NCBI RefSeq assembly: GCF_000485595.1
Contig: NW_014577078.1
Coordinates: 453,773 to 481,880, forward strand
DNA length: 28,108 nt
Reading direction: 5' to 3'
Source of the DNA: Priapulus caudatus
Taxonomy: Eukaryota
Within the stretch, counting starts at the first letter, position 1, and each line of letters begins with the position of its first letter. Both the position numbers and the translations under genes were made by a program. This document shows positions 1-9,937 of the stretch, one piece after another. The notes under the pieces were generated by a model that did no database searches, was not told the origin of the DNA, and saw only the letters and a list, made by a program, of their open reading frames with translations.

Positions 1-51
1 TCAGATGTTTACCATGATTCGTATTTTACTTGAAGATCAGAACAGTTACAG

Positions 52-838
52 TGTTACAAAATTTAGTCGCAGTCGCTTCTGGTTGTCGAGAGCCTCCTCT
101 ATCTCCTCCTCGTCCGACCCTTACGTTCGGACGAGGAGCAGCAGTTCTGTTGTCGCAGCAGCAGCAGCTGCAGCAGCAGCAACAGCAGTCGTCGGGAGAT
201 TCCTCTCTTCTCCTCGTCTGACACCTGCGTTCAGACAAGGAGTTGTCTAATCCCGATTCTGCTCGCGTTCCGGCTTTTATACTCACAGGCACGCCCGCGG
301 CGCATGCGTGACACATGCGTCATACGTACTCGCAAAGGCGTTGCACACGCCTCGCGCAGGCGCCGTACACATTCGCGAGGGCGTCATACACGCCCTTCGC
401 ACGTGCTACACAGATTCGCGTAGGCGTTGAGTTGTTTTCGACCGAGAGGACTACTTGAGTCACTATAGATGTTATTGTCTAATCTGTTTCTAAGTGACTC
501 TAATCTGTTTCTAATTGACCTCTAATGGGTGAGACGCCGATGCGGCGCTCCTAAGTGACCCCTAATTGGCAGGGCGCATCTCGGCGCTCTAATCGGTCTC
601 TAAGTGGCTCTAATCTATTTCTAAGTGATTTCTAATGGACTTGTTGACGCGGATGCGGCTACTGCTAACTAGCCGATGCCGTCTTCGTGTGACCTATAAC
701 CGAGTCGTAGCTAAGTGCCGTGTGACCTATAACCGAGTCGTAGCGGCTAGTGATATCTAGCTGCTACATTTCTCCGCATTGCGTCGGTGGTGGGGGAATT
801 AGTAGCTCTATTGGCCTGTAACGCTTTGCGGCGTTACA
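52..838 (-). mobile_element. 3' LTR of a minus-strand LTR retrotransposon (probably Gypsy-type), in a DAW1 intron
   Basis: On the minus strand it starts TGTAAC at 838, directly after a PPT (AGTGGGGGGAGAAG, 852-839), and ends GTAACA at 52 (TG...CA termini). It has a TATAAAA box at 281-275, internal short direct repeats and a (CAG/CTG)n tract at ~156-187. Confidence 0.7.
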
Positions 839-1127
839 CTTCTCCCCCCACTAACCCGATGTTCACAAAAGTGGTCATCGAATACCAGCCTCCTGGCTGG
901 CCTTACGCGTCATGGTAATTTTATAGCCGAATTTGTTTACATGCTCTTTTAGATAGCGACATAGCTACCATCAATACAATACATACATAATACACAATAC
1001 GTAATAATGTTACATTATTGTCTACTGGTTTGGGCCTCGACCACGCGGCCGCACACCGTACAAAACTACTAGGGGATATTCGCGGTTCTGTGGCTGCGAA
1101 GTGAAGCGACGTGAAGTTCAGTTGACG

Positions 1128-1411
1128 TCAGTGGTCGACTTCCTCATCGGATGCGTCGGGTGAGGGGGCTGATGGTGTCGTCATGGTGGACAAGATGGCC
1201 GCCGCAGCCATCCCTTGGGCCATGGCGGCTATGTCTTCGGGGTTGAAGTCTGAGGGGTAGTTGGACTCCCCTACCTGGAATTCTTGTTGTAATGGTCCTG
1301 ACCCGCTGAACTGTCTGACGATCTCTGCTTCTGGGCACGGCCTGCATGGCCATCCGTCCTCCCAGGAGTCGTCGTCTTCGTCAGGCTCCGGGGAAGAGAG
1401 GTCGGGCATCG
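1128..1411 (-). CDS. C-terminal part of an acidic/Pro-rich 3' ORF of the minus-strand LTR element, cut at its 5' side by a DNA transposon
   Basis: The frame ...MPDLSSPEPDEDDDSWEDGWPCRPCPEAEIVRQF...DASDEEVDH* is open and GC-rich and ends ~280 bp upstream of the PPT. The ORF-track N-terminus (1412-1499) lies in a different element. Confidence 0.4.
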
Positions 1412-2420
1412 CCGTGCCGGTGGCCAGGGGAGGGCGTTCAGGGGGTTCAGACAACCCCCCTCCCCGACGGGATTGGGAGTTCTGCTCAAGTGTATACAAA
1501 AGATTTTTTAACCCTATTTCGAATTTAAAACACCGGTGGTGGTGTGTAGAGTAATATATTAAGACAAATTAACAACAATGAAAAGTTTCGTCGATCCTCA
1601 TTATCGATTGCTTCGCAGTATTCTGCAGCACACATTCATTCACAGTGCAGTAGCCATATTATTTTAATGGGTGGATACAGACATGTCTGTACACAAGTTC
1701 GCAGATCGCAGGCAGTAACGAACAAACCATATGAGGTGTGGGTAGGACACGTTAATTGCCACAATGTAACAATCAATCTTCAAAATGTGTGATTACGAGT
1801 CTCCGCACAAACATTAGTCTCAGAAGTCAGAGTTTACACACTGCCAGATTAGTACAAAATAAACAAGTCCTGGAACACCCCAAATTGTCTACGCTACTAC
1901 TCTTTAGCTACTAATAATACACAATTGGACAGTCATTTACCAAATTTTTTAGCCACGGCAGTGAGACTTCTGGGCTTAGTACCATCTGTTATATGTTCCC
2001 AGGAAGTTGACCTCACTGATTTTGTAGAAACATACAGCTGTGACTTGCCTTCACCCTAACTTATTAACTTTGATCTGCGTAGATGGATATCCCGCTTTTA
2101 CAATTTTGTCGACAATAAGCGACCTTCAACCCCAGCATATGCAATCAAACCATGCTCAAAGGACTTAATTTTTTCCCAAATATCTACTCGTTGCTGGCTT
2201 GCTGCAACTGGCCAACCAGGGACCCCATGTGAATGTGTGACAAGCGCCAGTGTAATGAGATGCCTCAATAAGTATACATGAGAACCACTATGGGTCAAGA
2301 GCATCTAACTGCACTGGCTCTTCTCCACATTCATTATGATCATCTAATGGATCTAAGTTGTCGACATGTACTCCAGACAGCACTCCAGGCATCCGGAGCT
2401 GGACTCATTAGTTACAGGAT
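1412..2420 (+). mobile_element. Degenerate hAT DNA transposon (THAP12/PRKRIR-like transposase C-terminus); right end not found
   Basis: Starts CCGTGCCGGTGGCCAGGGG...GGGGGTTCAGACAACCCCCC, resembling hAT termini. The broken + strand translation at ~1950-2400 gives YSCDLPSP...FFPNIYSLL...CEC..SASVMRCLNK.YMRTTMGQEHLTALALLHIHYD..VVDMYSRQH, the hAT dimerisation domain. Confidence 0.7.
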
Positions 2421-2971
2421 ACTTATCTAGTACATTTATATGTATCGTTCCAACAGTATTGTGAGAATAAAATGAGTAATAATTAATTCAGCATTGTGTA
2501 AAGTTTTTATTTATTTCCATAAATTTAACCGTTGCAAACTGGGTTCTAATCACGGTCACCAAATTAGTTTGAATCCTTAATTTATACTTTTACAAATCAA
2601 TGACAGCTAAATTGAGATTTATGGATTTAAACTGATTTTTCTCGTGAAATCGGGTCCAGAAGTCAGTTATGTGGCGAAAAGTTGATCAAAGACCATTAGT
2701 TCATGTCTAAAAATACTATTTCAAAGTGGTGGGAGATCGCACCTGGAGCCATTAACTTTTCAAACATTTTGAACTGGGAGCACTTTTTGGAAACTGTATA
2801 TATGCTATTCAATAAATGGTTGAGTGTATACAACATGACAGCCTTTCATCGTGCAATGCAGTTTATGACGAAAAAGTAATTCATGTTGTAACATATTTTA
2901 ACTTCTTTTTTTTATTAATCTCATTATCTTAGTCATTTTTAATGCTTTTGTTATTTTTCATATTTTGTCAG

Positions 2972-3089
2972 GTACATACCTTAATTGGTCATCGTGCAGA
3001 AATCAGCAATGTACAGTTTAATTATGATGCTTCTGTGATCGCCAGCGCATCCATGGACAGAACGTGCAAGCTGTGGGACACAGCTTCTG
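2972..3089 (+). CDS. DAW1: DAW1 (WDR69/ODA16) internal coding exon
   Basis: tttgtcag|GTA CAT ... TCT G|gtgagg. Encodes [40 protein letters not shown], matching the DAW1 WD40 repeat (LIGHxAEIS...SMDKTCKLWD). Confidence 0.92.
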
Positions 3090-3368
3090 GTGAGGATAAG
3101 TTTTGTTTAGTTTTGCAGCAATGACTTACTGATGCAGTGCAGCACAGATGTGATCACTCTTCATAATCGAGATTTTCCTACCGAGATTTATATTATACAG
3201 AACAGGTCATCATTCATTGCTTGCAAACCTTGTGTGAATTGATATTGTGTGAAAAGTCTTGTTAAAGTATTTAACATATGGATAGTCTTCACATCAATAT
3301 AAATGCTAGTAAATCTGGTTGGTCATTATGGTGGCAAAAAATTATGGTCACAAGTTTGCTGTTTGTAG

Positions 3369-3541
3369 GCATGTGCGTGGGAACTCTTCGGGATCACACT
3401 GATGAGGTGTTGGACGTGGCATTTGACGCGACGGGACAATATCTTCTCACAGCGTCAGCTGATTGTACAGGCCTTATGTATCGCGTGGCAACACAATACT
3501 GCCTGGCCAAGTTCCAAGGTCATGAGGGAGAAATTTCAAAG
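3369..3541 (+). CDS. DAW1: DAW1 internal coding exon
   Basis: tttgtag|GC ATG ... TCA AAG|gtaaat, phase-compatible with the previous exon. Encodes [65 protein letters not shown] is typical of DAW1. Confidence 0.92.
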
Positions 3542-4050
3542 GTAAATATAGTAATATCTTGTGTCATTTGCAGTAACTTCGGTTGATGACATTCGTTGCG
3601 CGATGTTGTAAAATTACACTTGCGATGTTAGGTGTGGATCGATATCGCTGATGCAGAACGCTTACATATTTGTACCACAGTACAATTTGTGCAAATTAAG
3701 TCGAGTTAATTTTGTCCTGATGTTAGAGATGGATTTTTTGGGACACCAAATTTGTGAAGAACAACTATCATATACATTCTTGAAATAGGAAAAATTTATA
3801 TTTTTTGGTGAATTGTTCAAAATTAACCTGTCTGCGATATCGAAGCTTTTAGGACATGTAGAACTTATCAAGTTTATACCTATGTAAAATGAGAGCCTTC
3901 TCACTTGGCTGTAGTTCTGCCAAATGTGAGACGTTTCTTTGACAAGTCATCCAGAATATTAATGAATAGTCCAGTCATAAAGTGCCAAATAAGGCCTCTA
4001 CCTAGAAATCGAGTGAAATAAGCTGGATTCTTCACTAATGTGTTGGTATT

Positions 4051-4289
4051 GGTCCATATAAACCCCCCCAAAAAAGTTACAAAATTTTCGTTGGTCGGAA
4101 ACTTTTTTACGGGCCACGCTCTTTTTCCGATTTTCGCGATTATGGGAAAATTGTGTAAATCTTACCTAAACACTTTATAGTCATGTTATACATGTTAATA
4201 GGGGTATTTTGGGGCGGGGAGTCGATTCCAACAGTCAGTTTATTCATAAATTGAACGATTAAGGCTTAATTGCACAATTAAGCTCAATT
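4051..4289. mobile_element. Probable DNA-transposon terminal fragment abutting and truncating the Gypsy 5' end
   Basis: AT-rich segment with transposon subterminal-like motifs (ggggtattttggggcggggagtcgattcc) that joins abruptly to the middle of the Gypsy protease. No partner end was found. Confidence 0.3.
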
Positions 4290-7200
4290 AAGACTCGACT
4301 TTCTCGTCCCAAACAATGCTATCCTGAACATTACTACAGGAATGCTATCACTTGATGGGAGAGAGGTTCAAGGATTTTGGACAGGTGGAGAGAATGGTAG
4401 ACCAGTATACGTGGAGGAGACGACGATGCTGAGGCCAGGGAAAAGATACCGAATCCCTGGATGGACTTATGCTGACGATAAGGTATCCCAAGGAAAGCAT
4501 GTAAGGCTAGTGCCTATCCCAGAATTTCATAAGTTGGAGGCACAGGGGATTCGGATGGAGCAGATGGTATTCGCAAGGGATGTGATGAAGGTACCGTTGG
4601 TTATCTCCCACACAGGAGAGAAGCCTAACCTGTTGTTGGAGGATCAGCAAGTAGGGGAGCTCAAACCAGTGGAGGAGAGTGAGACACAGCCAGGACAGCA
4701 GTTGGTGAGCGTGCTGGACGGCATGGCACCCACCAAGTTAGCTGATCACCTACAGAACCTACTGGATAGGGTAGATGCAAAACTGAGACCGGAGCAGCGA
4801 AGTAAAGTAGCTGAGACACTACATAGCTATCGAGATATATTCGTGGGACCGGAGGATGGTCTCGGGAGGACGAATATCATTAAGCATAAGATAAATATAG
4901 GTGATGCTCGACCGATAAAGCAGCCACCGCGTCGAGTTCCGTTCCACCGGCAGGCGGATATGGATAAAGAAATAGCAGACATGGTAGCGGAGGGAGTTAT
5001 CGAACCAGAGAGCGGAGCTTGGGCTTCACCGGTCGTGTTAGTAGCCAAGAAGGATGGAAGTGTCCGGTTTTGTATTGGTTTTGTAAGTGTCCGGTTTTGA
5101 CTACAGAAGGGTTAACTGCGTAGTTCGAAAAGATGCGTTCCCATTACCTAAAATGGACAATTTGCTTGACGCACTGGGAGGACCCTACTGGTTTGCAACA
5201 TTAGACTTAGCAGCAGGCTACTGGCAGGTAGAAATGGACGAGGAGTCAAAGGATGTCACAGGATTCTCCACAATAGACGCTTTGTGACGTTTTCGTGGGA
5301 TGCCGTTCGGATTGTATGACGCACCGGCGACCTTTCAGCGACTAATGGGTGTGGTCTTGCGAGGCTTGCTAGGCCGGAAGTGCTTAGTTTTCCTGGATGA
5401 CATCATCATCTTTGGAAAGACGTTCAAGGAGACGCTCGAGAATCTAGAGACAGTTTTCGACCGGCTGAGAGCAGCCAACCTGAAATTAAAGCCAGCGAAA
5501 TGCCATGTATTTTGGACGACAGTTAAATACCTAGGGCATATAGTGACGGGAGAAGGATTAGAATGTGACCCGGCCAAGATAGAAGCCGTAGCGACTCGAA
5601 GCTCGAGACTCGAAGCTTTCTAGGACTTGCTTCATATTACAGGCGATTCATCCCTGGATTTTCTACTATAGCAGCGCCTCTCTCGGAGCTGACGAAAAAG
5701 GGAGTTAAGTTTAGATGGGGGGAGGAAGAGGAAAGAGCGTTCGGCCAACTTAAGCGATCACTGACCTCCGCGCCGATATTAGCTTACCCGTCGTCGGAGG
5801 ACAAGTTCATACTGGATACTGATGCAAGCAATACAGGCCTAAGAGCTGTGTTGTCGCAAGTTCAGAATGGCGAAGAGAAGGTAGTAGCATATGCCAGTCG
5901 GACGCTGAACAGCTCACAGGCGAGATACTGTACGACCAAGAAAGAATTGTTAGCAGTAGTGGTATTTGTCAAACGGTACCACCATTATCTATTGGGAAGA
6001 CCATTTAAGATAAGAACGGATCATGCATCGTTGACTTAGTTGGTCAATTTCAAGAACCCGGAGGGGATGGTAGCACGATGGGTAGCATTATTAGATACGT
6101 ACGACTTTGAAATTGAGCACCGGAGAGGACAGCATCACCAGAATGTGGATGCGTTGTCACGTAAGACAGTCGGGAAATGCCCGAACGAGAACTGCCCAGA
6201 TAGCAGGCATGGAATGATGGGAGAGGATGTCCGACCAGCAATGAGAGGAAGAGGAAACGCACGTTCAGGAGGAAGAAGATGAGGAGAGTAGTAGCGAAGA
6301 ACCACCCAGCTGCAGTGGGGGACGAGAGGATTCTACATGGAGATATGAACCACCCAGTCGTAATGGGAGGAGAGACGGTTCTTCATGTGAGGATAAGGAG
6401 CAGCATGGGCAGGTGTTAGTAGTGACCGAGGGAGAGCGAGAGGATCGCAGAGAAAATCCCGAGGATCAGGGGGAAGACCATGATGTATGGAACCCGGAAA
6501 ATATTAGGAGATTACAGGATAAGGACCCTGTGATTGTTTTCTTCAAGGAACGAAAAGAAGCGGCGTTGGACAGACCTGAGTTTGCAGAAATTGCAGGAAT
6601 GGGGTCGGAGGCGAAACGGCGTACTGGGGGCAGTGGAATGCAGTTAGAGGTGCATGGAAAGGTAAAATTGTATAGACGATGGGAGAGACAGCCGGTCCAC
6701 GCCGATCATCCCATATACTTTCAGAACTGGTAATACATAAAGAAGCAGCCGAAGAGAAATTATTTCATGTAATGTACATTACCATCGTAACAGCAGGACA
6801 TCAAGTCGAAGAAACGGAGTAGAGCAAGCAATTCAGCAACGGTTCTACTGTCCAACACTGTCCTACACGGAAGGATATCAAAGAGAGGTGCCAGTACTGG
6901 CACTTCCTGTGCACCTGAGAAAAGCCTGGAAAGGGTTTAACAAAGGACGAAGGTTAAAACATCGGAAGTGGCGCTCTGTTCGAACGTGATTGGTGCCAAC
7001 GAACATCAATGGGTCCGATTAGAAGAGAACGCGGAGAGAGGGAATAAAGGTGAATCATGGTAGTATGCGAACGTACTATTTTATACAAGTGGATCGGACA
7101 TGCTTTGCGCTTGCCCCGAATCAGCGAGGCATATTACAGTAGCAGCACGTCTTGGTGACAGAATACGCATTTCTGCCGGTAACGGGGTTCCGTAAAAATC

Positions 7201-7382
7201 CACAACCCGACTGAAGGACCGGATTTCGAATCTCGCTTACTTCAAAGGATCCTGTGAGATCCTGCAAATAGAGCAAAACAAGGACAGCACACCTTATCCC
7301 CATCCTAGGTCCTGACGACTTAGGTAGAACGATATCATGAAGACGCCTTCACAAATGCTCTCTTTATTTGTTACGCAATAAC

Positions 7383-8150
7383 AGGGTGTAACGAACATAA
7401 GCCGTATATCGGGTATAGATTGCAATATATTTTCGAAAACACACGATATAAACAGGCGATAACACACTTCCGGATATCGATAATTTACGATACGGTTGGT
7501 ATAGTACACAGAAATAAATTACTTGACACTTGCCTTTATGTCTATATTGTTAATGGGCTCGAAAATTATGCACTGGCGGTGTATATATTACGAAAGCACA
7601 ATGCGTGCACGACGCATACAGTATTACTGGTAAGCGGCCACTGCATGGAGCACTGCGCAGTACTACTGCGCGGGCAGAGTGGGGCAGACGTGTGCGCGAG
7701 ACACAGAGCACGGCAACTAGGGAGTCTATATATAGCCTATGCTCACCTGAGTGCCCGCGCGCGCGCGATACAAGCTGAAGCGAGCACCCACTGTTTCAGT
7801 TTCAGTTTCAGTTTCAGTTTCAGTTTCAGCCAATTATGCAGCAGGGGTATTGTGTATTCCAGCTACGTCAGTGCCTTCTGAGAGGGTATTCAGTACAGCG
7901 GGTGACATTGTTACGGCACAGAGGGCTGCACTGTCAGCGGAAAACATTGCCGTGCTTCTGTTTCTCAAGAAAAACATGAGAAATTAAATCATGTCATATA
8001 ATACAATATATGATGATATTAAAACCATCAAATTGTTACTATATCATGCATCGTATACACTTCCCAATACGTATTGGAAAATATTGCAATACGGTTTTGT
8101 CGTATTGCAATATATTGCAATACGGTTTTTGGTCGCAATACTCACCCCTA
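7383..8150 (+). mobile_element. Non-autonomous hAT element (ZBED1/Ac-like) nested in the Gypsy integrase
   Basis: Right end ...ACTCACCCCTA (reverse complement TAGGGGTG) and left end AGGGTGT... The 8-bp ACCAAAAC at 8151-8158 matches ACgCAAtAAC at 7373-7382 apart from two extra bases. hAT dimerisation remnant LCIPATSVPSERVFSTAGDIVTAQRAALSAENIAVLLFLKKN at ~7830-7987. The integrase reads through once the insert is removed (..MLSLFV / QNRDDWDDHL). Confidence 0.85.
7793..7829 (+). repeat. (TTTCAG)6 hexanucleotide microsatellite
   Basis: Read directly; lies immediately upstream of the hAT transposase remnant. Confidence 0.95.
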
Positions 8151-8960
8151 ACCAAAACCGAGACGACTGGGATGATCATCTACTGTTCGTCGCGACGGCT
8201 TACCGAGCGACCGCACAGGCTTCTACTGGGTGTTCACCGAATTTAATGATGTTTGGAAGGGAGATACATATGCCAGTGGACGTCATGGTAGGACCACCGC
8301 CAGGTACCGTGGGGAAGTGTTCTCATGAGTACATGCAATGGATCCAGGACGTCATGGGGGAAGCCTACGACTTTGCGAGAACAACATTAAAACAAGCGGC
8401 AAGACGACAGAAGCGGGCGTACGATAAAAGTGTTAGGCCAATTACCTTCCGAGAGGGAGAGTTCGCATGGTATTGGTACCTGCCGGCCGTTCGGAGAAAG
8501 TTAGGACATGGCTAGCAGGGGCCGTACTTAATTATCCAGAAAGTGAGTGACCTACTCTACGTCATACAGCGGGAGCCACGGGCAAGAAGAAAAGTGGTGC
8601 ACATCGACTACTATAAAACGGAGCAACCACTGGAAGATTGGCGAGAACCCCCGAGAGAAGAGCACAGGGAGCCCACAGACCATGTCGAGGAAGGCGATAA
8701 TGAGGGGGAGGAAATCCCGTGGGAGTTATTATTTCAGGAACCGGCCCTAGAAGAGGAGGAAACGACGGAACAGGCCCATGAAGTAGATCTTGGTCTGAGG
8801 CGGGGGACAAGAGCCCGTAAACCACCACAGAGGATGGATTTCTAGGGAAGGGGCCAACATTTTGTTTTGTTTTGTTTAGGGGGCAGGATCATCGCTTTGG
8901 ATTTTGTTTATTTTGTTTTTTGGTTTTGGTTTATTTAATTTTCTTTACTCAGGAGTCTCG

Positions 8961-9554
8961 ATGGAATTGGAACTGATGCCGCGAGAGGGGGAGACGATCT
9001 CGGGAGGTGAGGAGAGCGAGGGCAGCAGGGGAACTCGGCCACGGAGGAGGACGGGTACCCGAGGGGGGCAGTGGCCCAAGGAGATTACCGGCGCCCGACA
9101 GGTGGAGCGAGAGGCGGAGCGGAAGGCCCGTTTTTACCTGGTCAGGGCGGGGTGGTCGCCTCAGCGATGCTGGGAGGAGCGGCATCCAGAACGAGAGGTG
9201 ACCCTCCTGGACCTCCCGTTCGCCTGGGGCTGGAAGCCGGCCAAGGACCAGGGCAGAACCCCTGTCTCGTCAATCGGCAGGGTCGCAACTGTCTACCAGG
9301 AAGGGGGAACGCCGCAGGATTTACGGGAGAGGAGGAAGGAGAGGAGCGATCGAAGGATAATGGGGAGGCGGCAACAGTTAAGGAGGGGCATGAAAGCGGT
9401 GGAGGAGGAAGAGTCGTATAGGGAGCAGCTGGAGAAGGAGGGGCAGGCGGAACGGGAGCAAGTAAGGTTCGAGTTGGAAGGGGCGAAGAAGGAGATAGTT
9501 ACGTTGAAGGAGGAGGTAGGCAGATTGAGAGAGAGAGGTGAGACGAGAGGCTAG
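8961..9554 (+). CDS. Gypsy accessory 3' ORF (197 aa, Arg/Glu-rich, coiled-coil-like C-terminus), function unknown
   Basis: Uninterrupted ATG(8961) to TAG(9554) frame between the pol stop (8845) and the PPT. Preceded by a polypyrimidine tract and CAG at 8950-8952. No signal peptide or TM segment from this ATG. Confidence 0.6.
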   Translation: MELELMPREGETISGGEESEGSRGTRPRRRTGTRGGQWPKEITGARQVEREAERKARFYLVRAGWSPQRCWEERHPEREVTLLDLPFAWGWKPAKDQGRTPVSSIGRVATVYQEGGTPQDLRERRKERSDRRIMGRRQQLRRGMKAVEEEESYREQLEKEGQAEREQVRFELEGAKKEIVTLKEEVGRLRERGETRG

Positions 9555-9937
9555 GGGGGAAGGAGAGGAAGGAAACACATTAGATACCTCAATTTATTTT
9601 ATACTTATAACCGCTATATGTACAGGTAGAATTAGCCAAGAAGTAGTATTAATCGATTGTGATATTTTTATACATATATATATATATATATATATTGTTA
9701 CTGTTACCGTGTTATAAAGTCTCACGAATAACTCAACTACCTCTCAGTATAGGAATATGAGTAAAAAGATATATATAGTATATACAGGACTCATTTATAT
9801 TTTTGTTATACTGTAAAAGGGAATATAGGAGTTATATTTATATAAAACAGAAAAGGCTTCGAAGTTTTATTTCACGGATACATTGGGGGAAGACAAAGGC
9901 GTATCCGAGGGCGGATACTAATAGAAGTTGGGGGAGT

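Larger units (their letters stand above)
4290..8845 (+). pseudogene. Disrupted Gypsy pol (protease C-terminus, RT, RNase H, integrase)
   Basis: Protease end LDFL..NNAILN. RT motifs WASPVVLVAKKDGSVRFCI/DYRR, LDLAAGYWQV, MPFGL.DAPATFQRLM, FLDD (5390-5401) and YLGH. RNase H motifs ILDTDAS, YCTTKKELLAVV and RTDHASL. Integrase motifs WDDHL..AYR..TGCSPNLMMFGRE and a GPY module. Several stops and frameshifts plus an inserted hAT. Confidence 0.93.

Noticed and set aside
5..316. PolyQ/polyA/polyC ORFs
   Set aside because: They are products of the (CAG)n tract inside the LTR, with no splice or homology support.
686..744. CRISPR-like direct repeats
   Set aside because: Only two units with a 7-nt gap, in eukaryotic LTR context, with no cas genes.
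1128..1499. 123-aa ORF as one gene
   Set aside because: Chimeric: the N-terminal part reads through the reverse strand of a hAT terminus beginning at ~1412.
2550..2800. Possible Harbinger- and mariner-type MITE ends (..GTGAAATCGGGTCCAG, ..GGAAACTGTA)
   Set aside because: Only single short ends, with no paired TIR or TSD.
8904..8960. Hydrophobic N-terminus MFILFFGFGLFNFLY as an env-like signal peptide
   Set aside because: It starts at a TTG and is the translation of the T-rich polypyrimidine tract; the first ATG is at 8961.
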